From Promethearchaeota archaeon (GTDB lineage Archaea > Asgardarchaeota > Thorarchaeia > Thorarchaeales > Thorarchaeaceae): 64,000 nucleotides of DNA. The first letter of the stretch is position 1, and each line of letters begins with the position of its first letter. The DNA lies in NCBI GenBank assembly GCA_048939765.1, contig JBHLPF010000017.1:10742-74741 (forward strand). The letters run 5' to 3'. The notes under the pieces were generated by a model. The model saw only the letters and a program-made list of their open reading frames with translations, ran no database searches and was not told the origin of the DNA. Below, in pieces: positions 57,807 through 64,000 of this stretch. Both the position numbers and the translations under genes were made by a program.

Positions 57807-58280
57807 CTAAACAAGACGTATATTCCATGTGCAATTATCAGCACCGGTAGCTTTGCAGAGCTCTTGGAAGACCTTGGCATCAACGCCCTTGAACTCAAGA
57901 ATCACCTCTAGAATGCCGCTGAAAGCTTCACAATAGCCAAATCCCCTCATTCCCTCAAGCGTGATTTCCTGGCACCAAATACAGTCCTTATCAACGACTC
58001 TTATAGATCCTCGTGCGGATTTCATGTCCACGTCGGTGGGTTTCCGGTCAAAGAGCAGCTTGTAGATGCTATCTATAAGCTTCGCAACATCTTCACGGGT
58101 CATCACTGTATCCCTTGTCTTTTCTGCGAGCTCGGTTGTAAGGTAAAGATGAGACCCCATCTCCCTTCCCATGTCACGAAGTCGTTGATTGGCCTCATCG
58201 ATGCTGCTAGTTTCTGAGAGGACTCTATCAACCCACTGAGCATATAGACTTAGGAATAATGGATTTTCGACGTTTGCCAT
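57807..58280 (-). CDS. TRAPP Bet3-like/V4R protein
   Basis: LFLSLYAQWV...ANQRLRDMGREMG matches the Bet3 N-terminal pattern; CIWC, YCEAFSGILE, ELCKATGADNC. Confidence 0.85.
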   Translation of the reverse strand: MANVENPLFLSLYAQWVDRVLSETSSIDEANQRLRDMGREMGSHLYLTTELAEKTRDTVMTREDVAKLIDSIYKLLFDRKPTDVDMKSARGSIRVVDKDCIWCQEITLEGMRGFGYCEAFSGILEVILEFKGVDAKVFQELCKATGADNCTWNIRLV

Positions 58281-58304
58281 TTAGATGGACCTCACTCAAG
58301 TTGT

Positions 58305-59297
58305 TTAGATAGTCTTGCCAATCATTTTGATACCGAATTTCTTGTTGCGGGCGATGGATTGAATCACATTGGTATGTTGAATCCCTAGTTTTTCTGCAAT
58401 TTCCTCAGTAGTCCTACTACCATCACAGAGTCTTAGTATCTCGACATCTCCGTCCTGAATCTTTGACAGGCTTCCAAGAAACTTGGGACACTTCACGAAT
58501 CGACCTATGGTGTCCTCAGAAGCAGCCACAGTTCCTTCAGTACACAAGGGAGCCTCGACTATGCCTTTTGAAGCAGCCCACTTGATAAGTTCAGCAACTC
58601 TCTCATTTGGCTGAAACATTGAATCAGCAATTTCTGCAATCGTAACAGTACTATCCACTAGCATTAAGACATCAAAACCGAAGTTGCCATGTGCCTGTTT
58701 CATTTCCTTGTGCAAATCCGAATCTAGATTGAGAGCATCTCCGTAACCTAGACCTCGCTTCGGAATTGTAGTGGACTGAACGTTGAATGCTTCTGGAGGT
58801 CTGGCCTCTTCTTCTAGACTGTGTTCGGGTTCGGTTTCAATTAGTTCCTCAGGCTCCGGCACCACAAACTCAGGCTCACTAACCTCTGGTGAAGTTGATG
58901 CCGCCTGCATTGCTATGCTTTCAAGCACTTTCAGGTTGGATTCTGCTGATTCCTCAAATTCGTCTGGTGGCGGCGGGAGCTCGATGCCTTCCAATAGTCT
59001 CAGAACATTCTTAGTCTTAGCAATAGCAAGGCCAAGCTGCAACTCTGTGACATACAGGACAGTCAGTATCCAATTCATATCAACCGGAGAAAGCACTACT
59101 AGGCCTCGGTCTGTGTCTATCGTCATAAGGCGCAAATCAGTCTGATACAGATTGATGCTATCCCTGACCCTGGGGAATAGCTCTGATGGAAAAGAGAAGC
59201 TCACAAATGGTCTGCCAGCCTTCGTCATCAGCGAATAGCCGAGAACCTGTTCATCGAATCTCAGTTTTGCGAGGGCTCTTTCCAAATCGCTGCTCAT
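58305..59297 (-). CDS. Roadblock domain-linker-two winged-helix fusion protein
   Basis: VLGYSLMTKAG...QLGL aligns with the roadblock at 19026; LVDSTVTIAEIA and LCDGSRTTEEIA; paralog of 61243-62226. Confidence 0.75.
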   Translation of the reverse strand: MSSDLERALAKLRFDEQVLGYSLMTKAGRPFVSFSFPSELFPRVRDSINLYQTDLRLMTIDTDRGLVVLSPVDMNWILTVLYVTELQLGLAIAKTKNVLRLLEGIELPPPPDEFEESAESNLKVLESIAMQAASTSPEVSEPEFVVPEPEELIETEPEHSLEEEARPPEAFNVQSTTIPKRGLGYGDALNLDSDLHKEMKQAHGNFGFDVLMLVDSTVTIAEIADSMFQPNERVAELIKWAASKGIVEAPLCTEGTVAASEDTIGRFVKCPKFLGSLSKIQDGDVEILRLCDGSRTTEEIAEKLGIQHTNVIQSIARNKKFGIKMIGKTI

Positions 59298-59520
59298 ATC
59301 TGCACCTCTATGCCGTTTTGGACCAGCCTTTAATTGCCTCTGCTTGGTTTCCATCGGTGGTGGTCTGAAAAGCATTGCGGTTTCACAAAGAGAGATTTCA
59401 TAGCGCCCAGAGATTCACATGCCTCTGAAAGAGCACAGTCAATTGAATTCGAGTCTTGGAAACCGTTAAGAGGCTCATTTATACGCCAAAGCACGACACG
59501 AGATTTGAAGAGGCCACATC

Positions 59521-60102
59521 ATGAGAAATATGTTGGGTGGACTGCTGGCAGCATTCATTGGCTCATGGCTATTGGTGTTCACATTGAATCTGAGCCAGCC
59601 AGCTTATCCGCAAGGACTGATTTTTCTCTGGGGGTTTCTAACAGGCAGTCAATACTTGAGTCACACATACACGGTTCTTTCAGATCCCTTTACTCTTGTA
59701 TCATATCTTCTTGTATGGCTAATCATGGGTCTTATTGTAGCTCCATTCTCGAAGTCAGGATGGAATTCAGTTAGAACTGCAATCTGGGCAGGTGTATGGA
59801 TCAGTATTTGGGCAGTGACCTCGATACTCCTCTTGAATCCTGATTTCTGGAGCGATCCAAATCGCAACTGGAGCCTTCTCATATTGTTCACATCAACGAT
59901 TATGACTGCTAGCATCACACTCTTGTCAGCCTACCCAGTAACTAGAATCATTCGACTGGCATTTCGCGAGAGAGAATCACCAATACCAGAAAGAATAGAA
60001 GCTAGATGTCAATGTGGGGCGGTGTTCAAGTCAAAACCCATGGTGTGCTCTGAATGCGGTAGAACCTTGTCGTATAAGCAATCAATTGACGATAATGCCT
60101 AG
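59521..60102 (+). CDS. 4-TM membrane protein with a C-terminal Zn ribbon
   Basis: Hydrophobic segments; CQCG...CSECG. Confidence 0.8.
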   Translation: MRNMLGGLLAAFIGSWLLVFTLNLSQPAYPQGLIFLWGFLTGSQYLSHTYTVLSDPFTLVSYLLVWLIMGLIVAPFSKSGWNSVRTAIWAGVWISIWAVTSILLLNPDFWSDPNRNWSLLILFTSTIMTASITLLSAYPVTRIIRLAFRERESPIPERIEARCQCGAVFKSKPMVCSECGRTLSYKQSIDDNA

Positions 60103-60617
60103 CTTCGTTCTCTAGTAATGCCTCCCCCAAGGATGCCCCCGACCACAGCAGCAATCGAGGGATAGATTGACCCATATAGCACTGCTTCAAGGATTATCAT
60201 AGATCCGCCTCCAAACAGAGCCATGATGTCTGTAGTCTGGACAGCAAAGACAAGAAGCCATGTCAGAAACGCTCCAGTCACTACGGCGAACAGAGCTGCA
60301 AGAATCCCTGAGAGAATGTCGCGAGCAAAGAGGCCTGCTACGAGGCCGCCAGTCCCCCAAGCGAGAGCCATCAAGACTGTGCTGCCTTGGGCGCCGGTCG
60401 CCAGATGAGCACCTAGACCTGTAAATCCAACGATGGGGGGATAGAGAACCGTGCCAACTACTGCAAATCGCATCTCTAGATCGGTCCACGAGAGGAAATC
60501 AGATACTATTGTTGAGGATATAAGATCCTCAGGCATGACACCGCCAAAGGTTAGTACGACAAAGGCGATTGCAAAGGCAGTGATTAAACCGGTGAATGTG
60601 CCAAGAAGTTGACCCAA
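60099..60617 (-). CDS. Gly-rich multi-pass membrane protein
   Basis: Four to five TMs with GxxxG motifs; lies downstream of the Bet3-like gene. Confidence 0.78.
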   Translation of the reverse strand: MGQLLGTFTGLITAFAIAFVVLTFGGVMPEDLISSTIVSDFLSWTDLEMRFAVVGTVLYPPIVGFTGLGAHLATGAQGSTVLMALAWGTGGLVAGLFARDILSGILAALFAVVTGAFLTWLLVFAVQTTDIMALFGGGSMIILEAVLYGSIYPSIAAVVGGILGGGITRERS

Positions 60618-60715
60618 GCGCGGCCCTCCGATATGTCTACTATGCTCTTCTCGATACGTGCTTTTATATACATATGCGCGACGGCACGGTGAAATTGCCT
60701 AGATTTGTGTGGTGA

Positions 60716-61240
60716 TTAGTAGTTCTGCGTAGATTCTGGATATTTCCTCAGAGTCCACGTACAGGCATCATCACCGAGCGCTTTGCAGGATTCTTGGAAA
60801 CTATCAGCCTTGAATCCTCTAAGCTCCATAACAGCGTCAAATACCCCGGAGACAATATTGCAGTATTGTAAGCCAGGCATATCGGTGACTTCAACTCCCG
60901 CACAGATTGGACAATTAGCATCCGTGAACTTTATGGTGTTCTTGTCATCACTGACCCAAATGTCTGTGAATTCTTGACCAGAATTGACCTTGTATGCCAA
61001 TCCAAGAGTGTCGGCGAACTCGTGAAACTCACCAGCGTGTTGGCGGATTCTGTCGGCATAATCCATTAGCAGGGTTTCTCCAACCTTGAATCCGATCTGT
61101 TTCATCTTGCGATTGATTTCTTCCACACTCTCGCTTCCAGCCATGAGTAGATTCATCATCTCTCTATAACTCGCTTGGAATAGAACCTTAGAGACCTTAT
61201 CGGTCATAAATGACCAAGCAATCTTGCCTTTGATTCCCAT
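60716..61240 (-). CDS. TRAPP Bet3-like/V4R protein
   Basis: KVSKVLFQASYREMM...INRKMKQIGFKVGETLLMDY; CPIC, YCNIVSGV, ESCKALGDDAC. Confidence 0.87.
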   Translation of the reverse strand: MGIKGKIAWSFMTDKVSKVLFQASYREMMNLLMAGSESVEEINRKMKQIGFKVGETLLMDYADRIRQHAGEFHEFADTLGLAYKVNSGQEFTDIWVSDDKNTIKFTDANCPICAGVEVTDMPGLQYCNIVSGVFDAVMELRGFKADSFQESCKALGDDACTWTLRKYPESTQNY

Positions 61241-61242
61241 TA

Positions 61243-62226
61243 TTATAACACCCCTGGTTCAGTGTCCATCTTCTTGCTTTTACGTGCGAAACGTAGTGTT
61301 TTGCCCCGATAGGGAAGTATACTTTGCAGAGCCTGGAAATATGGAATACCTAGTTCTTGGGCAATTTCCTGGAGAGAGCGATTGCCATCGCACAAAGACA
61401 GAAGATCTCGATGTTCTTTCTTTGCTTTCTTCAATTGGCCTTCAAAGATTGGCAGCTCAACAATCTCGACGGCGCCAGTCTCTTGGGTATCAGGACACTC
61501 CACTCGAACTATCTTTCTGGGTACACACCAGCGAATTACTCCAAGCGCTTCTTCGACTCCACGGCCAAGACTCTCAGCAATCTTGAAAATTGTCCGTTTC
61601 TCATCAGCCATCAGCAGGATATCAATTCCGATATTTGCAAATCTGGCTTTGATTTCTTTGTTGAGCTCGGATTCAAGAACCATCGTTTCATTATACTTCT
61701 CTCCACGAAAGACAACACAACCATGTCTAATCTCCACTTCCGGTTCTGCCACAGCAGGTTCAACTTCAGCTACTGGCTCCAACTCTGTTTCAGGCAAAGC
61801 TGGCTCGATAACAGTTTCTGAAGCCAGAATTCTCGCGGACTCCTCCATTTGAACGCGGAGGGGGGGCTCTGGTTGTATAGCGGGTGTTGGCGGCGGAGGC
61901 AGATTGACACTCTTCATTAGATTGATTACTTCCGTTGCCTTCTGAAGAGCCACTCCAAGCTGCAAGTCTGGCAGAAAGAGTACTGCAAGTACCCAATTCC
62001 CATCTATTCTAGACAGTATGACTGTGCCTTCTCCTGTCATGACATTCATCATCTTCAAAGAGTCTGAATGAATCCGCATAGCACCTTGTATTTGTGGAAG
62101 AACCTCATCAGGAAGAGAGAATGAAAGAAATGGCTGACCATCGTTCGTGATTAGAGCGTATCCGCTGACAGTGTCATCGAATTTGAGTTTGGTCAAAACA
62201 CGCTCTAATTCCAAGAAGACGCACAC
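61243..62226 (-). CDS. Roadblock domain-linker-two winged-helix fusion protein
   Basis: VSGYALITNDG...QLGV; MADEKRTIFKIA; LCDGNRSLQEIA; paralog of 58305-59297. Confidence 0.75.
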   Translation of the reverse strand: MCVFLELERVLTKLKFDDTVSGYALITNDGQPFLSFSLPDEVLPQIQGAMRIHSDSLKMMNVMTGEGTVILSRIDGNWVLAVLFLPDLQLGVALQKATEVINLMKSVNLPPPPTPAIQPEPPLRVQMEESARILASETVIEPALPETELEPVAEVEPAVAEPEVEIRHGCVVFRGEKYNETMVLESELNKEIKARFANIGIDILLMADEKRTIFKIAESLGRGVEEALGVIRWCVPRKIVRVECPDTQETGAVEIVELPIFEGQLKKAKKEHRDLLSLCDGNRSLQEIAQELGIPYFQALQSILPYRGKTLRFARKSKKMDTEPGVL

Positions 62227-62256
62227 CTGTTTTCCATTTGTGGTTGTTCGAATGTA

Positions 62257-63375
62257 TCAAACACGGTTAACAAGTCTTTCGCCGAGAGACTCAAGGGGAG
62301 GATTGGAACGGAGGAAATCTATTGTTTCTTCGCGAGAAGGGTGAGAGGCGTCGATAGAAGAAACGTATTGTGATGCGACTGCATTGGCAAGTGATAGTCG
62401 GTCGAAGGCCTCCAGGTTCTGAAGTGTGCCATAGATATCCCCGGCATTCCATGCGTCTCCGGCCCCGCAAGCAATCCTGCCTACTACGTCAAATGCAGGA
62501 GCCATGGTAAGTTTGTCCTCCAAGAGTGAAGCAGTGAAATGTTGAGTATGCAGATCAATCCTTGTCCCTGTTTCAGATGAAACGACCTTCGCAGCAGATA
62601 GCCAGTCCTCTGGTTCAGAGGATAGATGGTCCCAACGGCTGTTCTTTCCACTGATAGCCCATGCAAACCAACGAGCTTCATTCTCATTCAGACTCACAAT
62701 GTCAACCATGCCTTGGGCCAAGACGTTTCTGGCCAGCGGTTCTACGATTTCTAAATTGCCTGATGGGTCACCAACATCCATGAATCTGATGGCCTTGGAG
62801 GATGCCCCGACCATCTCAAAAAGGTCATGTGCAAGTTCGGGTGCATCAGGATTGTGGTTCAGGTTGAGAAGAGCGACCAAATTACTTGCATGGATTGCTG
62901 ACAGGTCCTCTTCAGTTAAATCGGAGAGTGAGAACTCTGCAGCCGAGCCGCTATCACTCACCATGAGATTCACTCGTCTGCCTTCATGTTCAAGCTCAAT
63001 TGACACCGTTGAGGATAATCTGCCGTCAGTGTGAACATGACTCAGGTCAAGGTCGGAACTGACCAGTGTCGGAAGCAGTGTTGAACCATAATCATCTGTC
63101 GTGATGATTAATACAGGATCCAGACCAAGCATGAGAAGGGCTGATGCTGTGTTCACAGAATTGCCTCCTCGACGTAGGAACTGCTTGTTGCCTAGGAGGT
63201 TTCCTCCACCCTGCCTGGCCAATGCTGTCAGACCTTCAATGAAGTCATCAAATTGCCCTGCAATGACAAAATGATCGACATAAAAGTCTGGCAGAATTAC
63301 TGGTCGTCCTACATCAATTGGGTTTTCCAAAGCCTTGATGAGCCGGTCGTACTCCAGCTCCATCGCCTCCATCAA
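62257..63375 (-). CDS. PfkB family carbohydrate kinase
   Basis: GGNSVNTA, SLNENEA, GAGDAWNAG. Confidence 0.88.
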   Translation of the reverse strand: MMEAMELEYDRLIKALENPIDVGRPVILPDFYVDHFVIAGQFDDFIEGLTALARQGGGNLLGNKQFLRRGGNSVNTASALLMLGLDPVLIITTDDYGSTLLPTLVSSDLDLSHVHTDGRLSSTVSIELEHEGRRVNLMVSDSGSAAEFSLSDLTEEDLSAIHASNLVALLNLNHNPDAPELAHDLFEMVGASSKAIRFMDVGDPSGNLEIVEPLARNVLAQGMVDIVSLNENEARWFAWAISGKNSRWDHLSSEPEDWLSAAKVVSSETGTRIDLHTQHFTASLLEDKLTMAPAFDVVGRIACGAGDAWNAGDIYGTLQNLEAFDRLSLANAVASQYVSSIDASHPSREETIDFLRSNPPLESLGERLVNRV

Positions 63376-63390
63376 TGAACTGACACAACA

Positions 63391-63849
63391 TCAGATCTTC
63401 TTTAATGCAGCCTTCACCATGGATGTGATTCTATCTTCCTTAATACCGGTCTTCTTGGCCACTTTATCAATCTCACAGTATGCCAAATCGGATAGTGACC
63501 TGATGCCAGCCGCTACTAGTTCTTCTGCCTCGTCCTTCTTAACGGCTCTCAAAGATGATAGCTCTTTAACCGCCTTATCATCCTTCTTGGTCCGCTTTGG
63601 CTCAGTCACTTCTGTCTTAGTCATCTCAGCAATAAGGTCATCTAGGTCTTTGATATACTGCTTTAGAGCCTCCACGTTCTCATCGTGAGCCGTCTTCCGT
63701 CTGACATCTATTATGAGCCCCATTTGTCGCGCTTCTTCAATCCTAAGTCCTGCCTGCGTCATTTCATCAATACTGAATCCACGACCTCGGCGCGGAACTC
63801 CCTTTCCAGGTGATTTAACCCGGGGCTCTGCTGCCATTTCGAAGCTCAT
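63391..63849 (-). CDS. rpl13e: Ribosomal protein L13e fused to a C-terminal helix-hairpin-helix domain
   Basis: RRGRGFSIDEM...GLIIDVRRKT...ENVEAL; then LRAVKKDEAEELVAAGIRSLSDLA...KTGI. Confidence 0.9.
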   Translation of the reverse strand: MSFEMAAEPRVKSPGKGVPRRGRGFSIDEMTQAGLRIEEARQMGLIIDVRRKTAHDENVEALKQYIKDLDDLIAEMTKTEVTEPKRTKKDDKAVKELSSLRAVKKDEAEELVAAGIRSLSDLAYCEIDKVAKKTGIKEDRITSMVKAALKKI

Positions 63850-64000
63850 AGAGAATCACCAAATTTGGCACGCCAGCCTGTGGACTGCTTATTAGGCTTT
63901 CGAGATGGCAATGACTTGCGTATTATATAGGAGTGACTGGCTTTGACCGAGGTCGTTTGTTTTCCTGTAATACCTCCAGAACGAGCACTACAACCTGTGC

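Noticed and set aside
63850-64000. Possible partial CDS at the right edge
   Set aside because: Open frames are uninformative; the region contains a TATA-like element likely serving rpl13e
1-64000. CRISPR arrays, transposases, integrase or att duplication at tRNA-Gln, inteins
   Set aside because: No periodic repeats, mobile-element motifs or tRNA 3' duplicate were seen by eye; RtcB has normal length

Overview
Gene-dense archaeal chromosomal segment, most consistent with an Asgard archaeon, probably Thorarchaeia. This is inferred from Bet3/V4R proteins, roadblock and longin-type proteins, four small GTPases, eS26, eL13, an EF-2 paralog and a Sec-containing SelD. Housekeeping content covers IleRS, class I LysRS, CCA-adding enzyme, TrmY, RtcB, tRNA-Gln(CUG), the archaeal CoA genes (PoK, PPS, PanE, CoaBC), Tmk, lipid genes (Tes-like radical SAM, Ino1, CDP-alcohol transferase) and two FtsX/LolD ABC systems. 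Notable points missed by the ORF track are: (i) selD reads through an in-frame UGA (HG-U-SCK) and has a non-canonical 3' hairpin as a SECIS candidate; (ii) three strongly structured intergenic segments (about 10.57-10.68, 31.73-31.98 and 34.19-34.40 kb) look like unannotated ncRNAs, and the last is switch-like and sits upstream of a probable cobalamin ECF uptake cluster. The window also holds a duplicated roadblock-2xwHTH + Bet3/V4R module resembling a proto-TRAPP locus. No CRISPR array, rRNA or transposase was seen. All protein calls come from motif recognition by eye, not database searches.
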